Positions 14,526-27,684 of a stretch of 64,000 nucleotides of DNA are shown one piece after another (position 1 is the first letter of the stretch; every line of letters begins with the position of its first letter). Location of the stretch: positions 101,715-165,714 of the forward strand of contig JAVKIP010000006.1 of NCBI GenBank assembly GCA_031459385.1, in the 5' to 3' direction. This stretch comes from Candidatus Fervidifonticultor secundus. Its GTDB lineage: Bacteria; Sysuimicrobiota; Sysuimicrobiia; Sysuimicrobiales; Humicultoraceae. A program made the translations under genes and the position numbers. A model generated the notes under the pieces. That model saw only the letters and a program-made list of their open reading frames with translations, did not search any database and was not told where the DNA came from.

Positions 14526-14702
14526 TCAGGCGTGGCCAGGGCCACGCCGGCCAGGCGCAGGGCCCCCAGGGGGAAGGCGGCGCCCGCCGCCAGCAGGCTG
14601 CCCATCGTCTTCCCAGCTGCCGCGGAAGGAAAGATGCTCTCGCGGTCCCAGGTGCGCTCGCGGGCCATGGCGCCGCGCGGGGGGAATGCTGATCGTGGTC
14701 AT
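14526..14702 (-). pseudogene. 5' remnant of an oligoendopeptidase F-like gene
   Basis: GGAGGAGG RBS; correcting two 1-nt shifts gives MTTISIPPRGAMARERTWDRESIFPSAAAWED, resembling the PepF N-terminal R...TWDLESIF...WE pattern. Confidence 0.55.
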
Positions 14703-14818
14703 GGCCTCCTCCGGCCGGTCACGCGCATCTCGCTCGAACCTCCGACAGGAACGCTCCGCAGCATCCGCGAACATTGAGCCGGCCGGGTGCCCATGCTGCC
14801 GCCACCGCGCACTGTCGC

Positions 14819-15604
14819 ATGACTCCCAGGATCACCCTCACCGAGGTGTCCAAGGTCTACCGCGCCGGGACCCGCGCGGTGCGCGCGCTCGACCGGGTAT
14901 CGCTGCAGGTGGCCGACGGTGAGTTCGTCTGCATCGTGGGCCCCTCGGGGTGCGGCAAGTCCACGCTGCTCCGAATCCTGGCCGGCCTCGTCCCCCAGAC
15001 GTCCGGCACGGTGACCATCCGGGGCAGCGCCCGCGGCAAACCCATGCACAGTCTGGTCTTCCAGGAGTACGCGATCTTCCCCTGGAAGACCGTCCTCGAG
15101 AACGTGGCATTCGGGCTGGAGATGCGCGGGGTGCCGCGCCGCGAGCGCGAGACGGTCGCGCGCCAGTGGATCGTCCGCGTGGGGCTCGCCGAGTTCGCCG
15201 ACGCCTACCCCCGCCAGCTCTCGGGCGGCATGCGCCAGCGGGTGGGTATCGCCCGTGCCTTCGCCAACGATCCCGAGGTGCTGCTCATGGACGAGCCGCT
15301 GGGCGCGCTGGACGCCCAGACGCGCCTGCTCCTGATGGACGAGCTGCTGCGGCTGTGGCAGGCGGACCGCAAGACGGTCGTCTACATCACCCACGACATC
15401 GAAGAGGCGGTCCTGCTGGGCGACCGCGTGATCCTGATGACGGCCCGCCCGGGCACCTGGAAAGCCGAGTTCGCCGTGCCGTTTGCCCGGCCGCGCGGCC
15501 TGGACGTCATGGCAACGCCGGCCTTCGCGGGGTTGACCTACCGGATCTGGGAAGCCTTGCGGGACGAGGCGCTGGCGGCGATGCGGGCCGGGGCGGCGCC
15601 GTGA
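14819..15604 (+). CDS. NitT/TauT family ABC ATP-binding protein
   Basis: GPSGCGKST, LSGGMRQR, LLMDEP. Confidence 0.92.
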   Translation: MTPRITLTEVSKVYRAGTRAVRALDRVSLQVADGEFVCIVGPSGCGKSTLLRILAGLVPQTSGTVTIRGSARGKPMHSLVFQEYAIFPWKTVLENVAFGLEMRGVPRRERETVARQWIVRVGLAEFADAYPRQLSGGMRQRVGIARAFANDPEVLLMDEPLGALDAQTRLLLMDELLRLWQADRKTVVYITHDIEEAVLLGDRVILMTARPGTWKAEFAVPFARPRGLDVMATPAFAGLTYRIWEALRDEALAAMRAGAAP

Positions 15605-16392
15605 GCCCCGACGGCCGCGACCGCCTGCTGGCCGTCGGCGCACCGGCTGCGCTGGTCGTGCTGTGGGAAGCGGCCGTCGCGACCCGGGTGCTCGACCCGC
15701 GCTTCTTCCCCCCGCCCTCGCTGGTGGTCCTGACCCTGGCGCGGCTGGTGGCCGACGGCACGCTGGTGCAGCACACGCTGGTGAGCGTGGCGCGGGTGCT
15801 GGGGGGCTTCGCCATCGGGGGCGGCGCCGGGCTGCTGCTGGGCCTGCTGCTCGGCGTCGCCCGGCCGCTGCGGGTAGCGCTCGACCCGGTGATCTCGGCC
15901 CTCTACGTGATCCCCAAAGTGGCCATCCTGCCGCTGGTGATGCTCATCTTCGGGCTCGGAGAAGCGGCCAAGGTCGCTATCGTGGCGATTGCGACGTTCT
16001 TCGTAGTCGTGATCAACACCACCGCGGCGGTGATCGGCATCGAGCCGATCTACCTCGAGGCCGGCCGGGCCTTCGGCGCCCGGGGCGCGGGTATGTTCGC
16101 CCACATCGTGCTGCCGGGGGCGCTGCCGGCCATCTTCACCGGCCTGCGCCTGGCCCTGGGGACCGCGCTTATCGTCGTCATCGCGGCGGAGTTCGTCGCG
16201 GCCAAGGAAGGCATCGGCTACTTCATCTGGTTCGCGTGGAACACGCTGCGACCCGAGGCGATGTTCGCGGGCTTCATCGTCATCGGCGCCCTCGGTATGC
16301 TGTCATACGCGGCCGTGCACTGGGCCGGCGCCCGCCTGATGCCCTGGCGGGAGGACGGGCCGGCGCACGAGGGCCGGGCGGAAGGCGCCTGA
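15601..16392 (+). CDS. NitT/TauT family ABC permease
   Basis: FFPPPS, IPKVAILPL, EAGRAFGA, PGALPAIFTGLRL; GTGA overlap with upstream gene. Confidence 0.9.
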   Translation: MSPDGRDRLLAVGAPAALVVLWEAAVATRVLDPRFFPPPSLVVLTLARLVADGTLVQHTLVSVARVLGGFAIGGGAGLLLGLLLGVARPLRVALDPVISALYVIPKVAILPLVMLIFGLGEAAKVAIVAIATFFVVVINTTAAVIGIEPIYLEAGRAFGARGAGMFAHIVLPGALPAIFTGLRLALGTALIVVIAAEFVAAKEGIGYFIWFAWNTLRPEAMFAGFIVIGALGMLSYAAVHWAGARLMPWREDGPAHEGRAEGA

Positions 16393-16416
16393 CGCGCCGG
16401 GGAGGAGAGCAGGAGC

Positions 16417-17469
16417 ATGGGACGCACGCGCTCGTGGGTGAGCACGGCCCGCCACGCGGGCCTGGCGCTCGTGGTGGGGCTGCTGGTGACGGCGCATCTG
16501 GCCGGGGGCGCGGTGCCCGGGCGGGCCGGGGCGCCGCTGGAGAAAGTGGTGGTGGCCCACGTGCCGCTCATCAACTTCGCCACGCTCTACGTCGCGGTCG
16601 AGCGGGGCTTCATGGCGCAGCAGGGCATCGAGGTCGAGCTGGTGCGCGTCGCCTCGGGCACGGAGGCTCTGGTGTTCCTGGCCCAGGACCGCCTCGATGT
16701 GGGCGCCATCGGCCTGGCAGCGTCCATCTTCAACGCCTTCAACCGCCGGCTGGACCTGCGCATCGTGGCCTCGACCTCGTCGTGGGGCCAGCGCCACGGC
16801 ACCAAGATCCTGACCCGCGTCGACCTCTTCGACGCAGGCGAGGTGCGCTCGGTGCGCGACCTGAAGGGGCGACGGGTGGCGGTGGCGGGCGGCCCGGGCT
16901 CGGCCGGCCACTACCTCTTCCTGCTGGGTGCCCGGCGCGGCGGCATCGGCCCCCGTGACTTCGAGCTGGTCAACCTGCCCAACCCCAACCACGGGGCCGC
17001 GCTGGCCCAGGGGCGCGTGGATGCTTCGTTGACGGGCTCGCCGTTCGCGGCGGCGGCGCTGGCGCAGGTGCTGGCCCGGCCGCTGCTGGAGAACTTCGCG
17101 CCCGGCACGGCCACCACGGTCTTCGCGTATTCGGGCGGGTTCATGCGCACGCGCCCGGCGACCGCCACCCGGTTCCTGGCCGCGCTGATCCAGGCGGCGC
17201 GCGCCATGCAGGGCCAGAAGTACTTCGATGAGGAGAACCTGGCGGCGTACAGGAAGTACACGGGCGTTCGCGACGAGGTGCTGCGGGCCGAGGTCCCCCT
17301 GCTCTACTATCCGGACATGCGCATCGTCACCGGCACCATCGTCGATATGGAGAAGACGTTCCGCGAGGCCGGGCTCGCCGACTACACTGCGCCGCTGCCG
17401 CTGGAGGCGATGGTCACCACGACGTTTCAGCAGGAGGCGCTGGCACGGCTGGGACGCGCGAACCCTTGA
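16417..17469 (+). CDS. NitT/TauT (SsuA/THI5-like) substrate-binding protein
   Basis: Signal peptide, LYVAVERGF...GIEVEL, SVRDLKGRRVAV. Confidence 0.88.
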   Translation: MGRTRSWVSTARHAGLALVVGLLVTAHLAGGAVPGRAGAPLEKVVVAHVPLINFATLYVAVERGFMAQQGIEVELVRVASGTEALVFLAQDRLDVGAIGLAASIFNAFNRRLDLRIVASTSSWGQRHGTKILTRVDLFDAGEVRSVRDLKGRRVAVAGGPGSAGHYLFLLGARRGGIGPRDFELVNLPNPNHGAALAQGRVDASLTGSPFAAAALAQVLARPLLENFAPGTATTVFAYSGGFMRTRPATATRFLAALIQAARAMQGQKYFDEENLAAYRKYTGVRDEVLRAEVPLLYYPDMRIVTGTIVDMEKTFREAGLADYTAPLPLEAMVTTTFQQEALARLGRANP

Positions 17470-17494
17470 CAGTACCCGTTCCCGCCGGTACATT
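17466..17494 (+). promoter_or_regulatory. Sigma70-type promoter for the gltB leader
   Basis: TTGACA (17466-17471), 17 bp spacer, TACATT (17489-17494). Confidence 0.8.
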
Positions 17495-17551
17495 CGGCAC
17501 AACAGCGGGCCGGCCGCCGTGACGCGGCCTGGTACGGGGGCCCGCGACGCT

Positions 17552-17666
17552 GAGGAAGTGCGCCTAGGGTTCCGCGGTCCGATCGGGACCGGACTGGTTC
17601 GAGCGGCGCAGGCGGCAGACGGAGCCGCTACACCGTCGGGACAGAAGCCCGAGGGGTAGGTTCCTC
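17552..17666 (+). ncRNA. ykkC-family riboswitch, most likely the ppGpp-sensing subtype 2a
   Basis: GGAAGTG..CCTAGGGTTCCG...CGAGCGG...TACACCG..GGGACAGAAGCCCGAG..GTAGGTTCC; P0 helix GAGGAA/TTCCTC; lies upstream of glutamate synthase. Confidence 0.85.
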
Positions 17667-17726
17667 GAGTCCGGAGGTCTGCCTCCGGTTCCCCACGCGG
17701 GGAGGAGCCCATCCCTCGGGTTTTTG
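17642..17726 (+). terminator. Riboswitch expression-platform terminator
   Basis: CAGAAGCCCGAGGGGT pairs with ATCCCTCGGGTTTTTG; includes a T5 tract; 5' arm is part of the aptamer. Confidence 0.7.
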
Positions 17727-17790
17727 CATGCGTGACGTGCCCGGGCCCGGTGCCGGGAACGGGCGCAGACGACGATCGCGGTGAGAGGGC

Positions 17791-22314
<4,524 letters not shown>

Positions 22315-22364
22315 CCGCGGGCCACTGGGTCCGCACCCGGCGGTGGACCTGCTATCCTGGTCGC

Positions 22365-22811
22365 ATGGTGGCGCTGATCGAGCTCATCGTGCGCGCGGTC
22401 ATCGCGACAGGCGACCGGATTCTCGTGGCCCGCAAGCCCGGCGCTGCCCACACCTTCCTCCCCGGCGGCCACGTCGAACCGGGGGAGCCGGCCGCGGCCG
22501 CGGTGCTGCGCGAGCTGCGCGAGGAACTGGGGATGACCGGCCGGGTCGAGCGGTTCCTGGGCGCCGTCGAACACGGGTGGAGGACCGCCGACGGAGCCGC
22601 CCATGAGCTGAACCTGCTCTTCCTGGTCACCGCCCCCGGCCTGGGGCTGGCCACCCCACCCGTGCCGCGGGAACCGCACCTGCAGTTCTTCTGGCACCCG
22701 CTCGACCGCCTGAACGACGCGCGGCTGGAGCCGTGGATCCTTCGAACGGTCCTCCCCGGCTGGCTGGCCTCCGACGGGCCGGGGTGGGCGAGCACCCTGG
22801 CCGTGCAATAA
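22365..22811 (+). CDS. NUDIX hydrolase
   Basis: PGGHVEPGEPAAAAVLRELREELG Nudix box. Confidence 0.9.
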   Translation: MVALIELIVRAVIATGDRILVARKPGAAHTFLPGGHVEPGEPAAAAVLRELREELGMTGRVERFLGAVEHGWRTADGAAHELNLLFLVTAPGLGLATPPVPREPHLQFFWHPLDRLNDARLEPWILRTVLPGWLASDGPGWASTLAVQ

Positions 22812-22863
22812 ACTGGCCGCCCGGGCCCGTCTCTTGGGACAGGCAGCACCCTGGGGGGGACGC

Positions 22864-23462
22864 ATGGCCGAACTTTCGTCTGTACCCCGTACGGGCTTCG
22901 AGGACGTCGTCACGCCCCACCTCGACTACCTGTACGCCGTGGCCGTGCGGCTGTGCGGCGACCGGACGGCCGCCGAGGACCTCGTGCAGGAGGCGCTGTT
23001 GCGCGCATTCCGGGGCTTTGGAGGCCTGCGCAATCGGGACCGTCCCCGCCCGTGGTTGACGCGCATCTCACCCGAGTCTACTTCGACCGCGTAGACGCCG
23101 CGACGCACGCGCCGGCGGTCGAGCCCGGCGACGACCGCTTCGATCTCTTCGACAAGATCGTCGAGGAAGACCCGTTCCCGTACTCCGACCGGGTGCACCT
23201 CGACTTCCTCGAGCTGTTCGACGACGCCCGCATCATCGAGGTCCTGCAGCGGGTGCACCCTCTGCACCGCGCGGCCATGATCCTCGCTTACGTCCATGAG
23301 TACAAGGCACGCGAGATCGCGGAGATGACCGGCCGGCCGTTGGGCACGGTGCTGTCCTGGCTGCACCGCGGTCGCCGCCAGCTGGAGCGCGAACTCTGGG
23401 AGTACGCGGAGCACCACCGGCTCCTCACGCCGCACCGGGAGGCTTCTCGTGATCAGCTGTAA
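22864..23462 (+). CDS. ECF RNA polymerase sigma factor (SigR/SigH-like), with a 1-nt frameshift near 23066
   Basis: Region 2 AEDLVQEALLRAF..WLTRI in one frame; region 4 EIAEMTGRPLGTVLSWLHRGRRQL in another; one extra C (ATC CTC ACC) joins them. Confidence 0.85.
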
Positions 23463-23688
23463 GGACGCCGTAGCACGGCTGTGGGCGTACCTCGACCGCA
23501 ACCTCGGGCGGGTCGAGGAGCGCGAGATGGAAGAGCACCTCGGGCTGTGCCGCCACTGCTGCGGGGAGCTGGAGTTCGCCCGGCAACTCCGCGAGCGGTT
23601 GCGGCAGGAGGGCCCGGCAGTGACGCTGGCCCCGGAGGTCCGCCGCAAGCTCGAGGCGTTCATCACGAACCTGGGAGGACAGCGATGA
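23449..23688 (+). CDS. Zinc-binding anti-sigma factor (zf-HC2, RsrA-like)
   Basis: MISC...LWAYLD...EEHLGLCRHCC HxxxCxxC motif; overlaps the sigma gene. Confidence 0.9.
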   Translation: MISCKDAVARLWAYLDRNLGRVEEREMEEHLGLCRHCCGELEFARQLRERLRQEGPAVTLAPEVRRKLEAFITNLGGQR

Positions 23689-24508
23689 GCGCCCACGTCC
23701 CCCACCCGGCGGTGCGCGCCACCGACGACCTGCTGGACCAGGAGGGGATCCGGGACCTCGTCCGGCAGGCCTACCGCGCGGTCATCGGGACCAGGACCAG
23801 CGTGGCCGAGCGCCTCTACACGCCGGAGCAGCTGCGCCTGCTGCCCCAGGGCGCCCTCGAGCAGGCGCTGGGCGTGGGCAACCCCGTGCGCGCGGCCGCG
23901 CTTTGCCCCGGCGAGGTCGTCGTCGATCTGGGCTGTGGCGGCGGGATCGACACGATCCTGGCCGCGCACGCGGTGGCCCCCGACGGCAGGGCGATCGGGC
24001 TGGACATGCTGCCGGAGATGCTGGCAGTGGCCGCTGCCAACGCCCGGGCCGCGGGCGTGACCAACGTCGAGTGGCTGCGGGGGAGATCGAGGCGATCCCG
24101 CTGCCCGAGGCCAGCGTGGACGTGGCCATCAGCAACGGTGTCCTGAACCTCTCGCCGCGCAAGTCGCGGGCGTTCGCCGAGGTGTTCCGCATCCTGCGGC
24201 CGGGCGGTCGCATGGTGGTAGCGGACATCGTCGTCGACGAGGACCTGCCGCCGCAGGTGCTCACCAGCGCGGCGGCCTGGGCGGGCTGACTCTCGGGCGC
24301 CCTGGCGGAGCGTGTCTTCGTCAGCAAACTCCAGAAGATCGGGTTCACCGAGATCGCACGCGGCGAGGAGCTGCCCTTCGGCATAGACGAGTGCGAGCAG
24401 TACCCGCTGTTCACCCCGGAGCTGATCGCGCTCATGCGCCGGCTCATCCCGCCGCAGCGGCAGCCGCACGTGGCGCGGTCGGTCATCTTCGCGGCGCGGA
24501 AGCCGTAG
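23685..24508 (+). CDS. ArsM-like SAM methyltransferase, probable selenoprotein (UGA 24287-24289), with a 1-nt frameshift in the G run at 24079-24083
   Basis: LGVGNP, VVDLGCGGGID, GLDM, GEIEAIPLPEASVDVAISNGVLNL, WAG-UGA-LSGALAE...GF...ARKP; frame stays open 72 more codons to TAG at 24508. Confidence 0.8.
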
Positions 24509-24569
24509 GAAAGGGTGCGCCGGGGCGCACCGGCGCCGGCGGATGCACCATCGGAGGGGCTGAGCGGTC

Positions 24570-25139
24570 ATGACCTGGGTGCGCACGCTGGACGAGGACG
24601 AGGTTGCAGACGAGCTGCGGCCGCTCTACGAGGCCGAACTGGCGCGGCTGGGCTTCGTCATGGAGGCCACGAAAGCGCTCTCGCTGCGGCCGCGGCTGGC
24701 GGCGGCCCTGGAGACCTTCACGGCAGCAGTAAAACAGGAGTCGGCGCTGACGCCCCAGGAGCGTCGCCTGATCAGCCTGCTCGTCGCCCATCGCCTGCGG
24801 TCGACGTACTGCGTGCTGGTCTACGCCGTAGACGTCGAGCGCGACCTGGGCGGGCTGGCGCGCGTGCGAGCCGTGCTGCGCGACTACCGCACCGCCGGCC
24901 TGACCCCGCGGGAGGTGGCGATCCTCGACTACGCCCTGGCGGCCGCCACCGGGCACCCCACCGCCGAGCACGTCGCCGGGCTGCGGGCTGCGGGACTGGA
25001 CGACGGCGCCATCATCGACGTGGCGGTCTGGGCCAACCTGCGGGCCCTGCGCAGCCGGGTCTATGAGGCGCTGGGCGTCGAGACCGACCCGTTCTTCCTT
25101 GAGCAGGCCGACCTGGTCGAGGCTGTCGCAGCGCGGTAG
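24570..25139 (+). CDS. Carboxymuconolactone decarboxylase/AhpD-like (peroxidase-related) protein
   Basis: LTPQERRLISLLV...STYC (CxxC reduced to SxxC), LRAAGLDDGAIID; typical length. Confidence 0.75.
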   Translation: MTWVRTLDEDEVADELRPLYEAELARLGFVMEATKALSLRPRLAAALETFTAAVKQESALTPQERRLISLLVAHRLRSTYCVLVYAVDVERDLGGLARVRAVLRDYRTAGLTPREVAILDYALAAATGHPTAEHVAGLRAAGLDDGAIIDVAVWANLRALRSRVYEALGVETDPFFLEQADLVEAVAAR

Positions 25140-25170
25140 AGAACGTCAGAGAGAACAGGGGGGATCTGCT

Positions 25171-25563
25171 ATGGCACTGTCACGCAGGCAGCTCCTGAAA
25201 GCCATCGGCGCCACGGCCGCCGGTGTCACCGCGGTCGAACTCGCCAGCGCCGAACTCGTCTCGCAGGCCCTGGCGCAGGTCCGCACCGACACGCTCGCCG
25301 ACCATGCCCTCGCCAACATCCCCGGTGTCACGCGGGTGACGCTGATCCAGGCGGTGCTCCCACCCGGGACCCGCGTCACCACCCCGGCGGGGACGACACT
25401 CTTCTGCTGGATGGTCTCGGGCCAGGCCTATCTCACCCTCGGCGGACAGACCAGACGGTACGGGGTGGGCGAGAGTTTCATCGTCCCCAAGGGCGCCGCG
25501 CGGATCGAGGGAAACGACGCGCGGGAAGACAACGTGCAGCTGGTCTTCTCGATCGCCCACTAG
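25171..25563 (+). CDS. Tat-exported cupin-domain protein
   Basis: LSRRQLLK Tat motif; WMVSGQAYLTLGGQTRRYGVGESFIVPKG cupin strands. Confidence 0.75.
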   Translation: MALSRRQLLKAIGATAAGVTAVELASAELVSQALAQVRTDTLADHALANIPGVTRVTLIQAVLPPGTRVTTPAGTTLFCWMVSGQAYLTLGGQTRRYGVGESFIVPKGAARIEGNDAREDNVQLVFSIAH

Positions 25564-25601
25564 GCGCGCGGGACGCGCACACCACCAGGGAGGTGACGGC
25601 T

Positions 25602-26204
25602 ATGGGGTACGAGCTGGAAGGCGCGCTGCTGGAAGCCTGCTCATGTGCAGCCGTGTGCCCCTGCTGGGTCGGGCAGGACCCCGACGGCGGGGCCTGCAAC
25701 GGGCTCATCGCCTACCATTACGACCGCGGGCAGATCAACGGGGTCGACGTGGCGGGCCTGACCCTGGCCCTGGTCGTGCAGATTCCCGGGAACGTCCTCA
25801 AGGGCAACTGGAAGGCCGTGGTCTTCGTCGACAGCAGGGCCACGCCGCAGCAGAAGGAGGCTATCCTGGCGGCGCACACGGGGAAGCTTGGCGGACCGCT
25901 GGCCGACCTGGCACCCCTTGTGGGTGAGGTCCTCGGCGTCTACGACGCGCCCATCGACTTCAGCTTCCATGAGGGCAAGGGACGCATCACGATCGGTGAC
26001 GCGGTGACCAGCGAGATGGAGCCCCTGACGGACCTCCAGGGCCACCCCACGAAGCTCGTCGACAGCATCTTCTCGACCATCCCCGGCTCTGCGGCCTTCG
26101 TCGGCAGAGCGCCCGCGTTCCGGGCCGACGTCCCGCAGCACCGCATCCGATGGGAGTACAGCGGGCGCAACGCGGTGCTGGGGCCGTTCAGCTTCGCCGC
26201 CTGA
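25602..26204 (+). CDS. DUF1326 family protein
   Basis: LLEACSCAAVCPCW...PDGGAC and GNWKAVVFVDSRATPQQ. Confidence 0.85.
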   Translation: MGYELEGALLEACSCAAVCPCWVGQDPDGGACNGLIAYHYDRGQINGVDVAGLTLALVVQIPGNVLKGNWKAVVFVDSRATPQQKEAILAAHTGKLGGPLADLAPLVGEVLGVYDAPIDFSFHEGKGRITIGDAVTSEMEPLTDLQGHPTKLVDSIFSTIPGSAAFVGRAPAFRADVPQHRIRWEYSGRNAVLGPFSFAA

Positions 26205-26989
26205 CCGCCGCCCGGGGCCTGCGCCATGATCGCGCCCTCCGCACGCCCGACGACGCCCGCTGGTACCGGCTGGCGCTGGGGGCCCTGATCGGGTCAGCGT
26301 GGCTCGTCGTGGCGCTGTGGGGCTCCTCACCATACGCGGGCTGGCTCGGCCACCGGGAGACCGGGGCGGATACCCCCTCCCCGGTCTTCCGGCTCGCGGT
26401 CTTCGTGGGCGGGTGGACCGTGATGACGGTGGCCATGATGCTGCCCGGCAGCCTGCCGCTGGTGAACCTGTTCCGCCGCGTGGTCGCGCAGCGACCCGAC
26501 CGCTGGGGATTGCTGCTGCGGCTGGGCGCAGGCTACCTGGGCGTCTGGGCGGGGTTCGGTGCGGCGGCGTTCGCCGCCGACCTCGTCGTGGTGCACGCAC
26601 TGGTGGAGCGGCTGCCCTGGTTCGCAGCCCTCCTCCCGCCCGGGGTGCTGCTGGCCGCCGGCGCCTTCCAGTTCACGGCGCTGAAGGAGCGCTGCCTGAG
26701 CCAGTGCCGCTCGCCGCTGACCTTCCTGGCGGGCCACTGGCGGGGTGTCCACCCCGGTCGCGACGCGTGGACGCTGGGGCTGCACCACGGCCTGTTCTGC
26801 GTCGGCTGCTGCTGGGCACTCATGCTGCTTATGTTCGCCGTGGGCATCGCACACCTGGGGTGGATGCTGGCGCTGGGCGCCATCATGGCCGCCGAGCGCA
26901 CGCTCCCGTGGGGCGACCGGCTCACCCGGCCCGTGGGTGCGGCGTTGGTCGCCTGGGCGGTCCTCCCGCAGGCAGCGCGCCTCCTCTGA
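26201..26989 (+). CDS. DUF2182 predicted metal-binding integral membrane protein (start uncertain)
   Basis: WTVMTVAMMLP, QFTALKERCLSQCRSP, GLFCVGCCWALM. Confidence 0.85.
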   Translation: MTAARGLRHDRALRTPDDARWYRLALGALIGSAWLVVALWGSSPYAGWLGHRETGADTPSPVFRLAVFVGGWTVMTVAMMLPGSLPLVNLFRRVVAQRPDRWGLLLRLGAGYLGVWAGFGAAAFAADLVVVHALVERLPWFAALLPPGVLLAAGAFQFTALKERCLSQCRSPLTFLAGHWRGVHPGRDAWTLGLHHGLFCVGCCWALMLLMFAVGIAHLGWMLALGAIMAAERTLPWGDRLTRPVGAALVAWAVLPQAARLL

Positions 26990-27041
26990 CCAATCACGCG
27001 GCGGCGATGCCGCCGCACGCGCGCAGCCGCCCGACGACGGC

Positions 27042-27584
27042 TCAGGAGAGCGAATCGGTCGCCTCGCGCCGGCGGAGGTAGGCCACGGCCGGCAGCGCCG
27101 CGGCTGTCATCCACGCCTTCCCGATGATCTGGCCGCCGATGAACTGCAGTGACCCAAAGGCCAGGAAGAGGAACACCGCCGAGTCGATCACCAGGCCAAC
27201 GACGTTCGACGCCGCCGTCGCCATCACGAGGTTGCGCGCCTGCAGGGGCGTGTAGACCAGCAGGTCCATCGTCTCGGACAGCAGGAACGCCGTCCCCGAC
27301 GCCAGGGCCAGCTGCGGCGAGAGCGTAGCCGAGAGTGCCGCCCCGGCCACGATGGCGGCCACGGCCGCCCCGCGGCCCAGGCGCCGCTGTACCAGGTCGC
27401 GCAGGGTGAACGAGAGTCCGATCGCCAGCACGCCGGACGGCGCCATCACGCCCGGCCAGACCGGCACCAGGCAGGGGCCGCCTGGCGGGCAGACTGTGCC
27501 GACGCGGCGGATCAGGTAGTTGGCAAGCCAGATGGAGCCCACGAAGAGGACCGCGGCGGTCCAGCCTTCCAGACGTCTGGTCAT
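27042..27584 (-). CDS. VUT/YhhQ family queuosine-precursor transporter
   Basis: FTLRDLVQ, ASGTAFLLSE, SNVVGLVIDSAVFLFLAFG, GQIIGK; adjacent to queF. Confidence 0.85.
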   Translation of the reverse strand: MTRRLEGWTAAVLFVGSIWLANYLIRRVGTVCPPGGPCLVPVWPGVMAPSGVLAIGLSFTLRDLVQRRLGRGAAVAAIVAGAALSATLSPQLALASGTAFLLSETMDLLVYTPLQARNLVMATAASNVVGLVIDSAVFLFLAFGSLQFIGGQIIGKAWMTAAALPAVAYLRRREATDSLS

Positions 27585-27684
27585 GACCGCGCACCGCTCG
27601 CCGCGCCCGCAGGCCGCGGGCCGGCGCCTGGGGGACGCTGGCGCTCGGGCCGGTGCCCGGCGCAAGCCGCCGCGCCCACGGGTG

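Noticed and set aside
17552..17666. Guanidine-I riboswitch
   Set aside because: The P0 helix, 3' tail and gltB context fit subtype 2 (ppGpp) rather than guanidine export or carboxylase genes.
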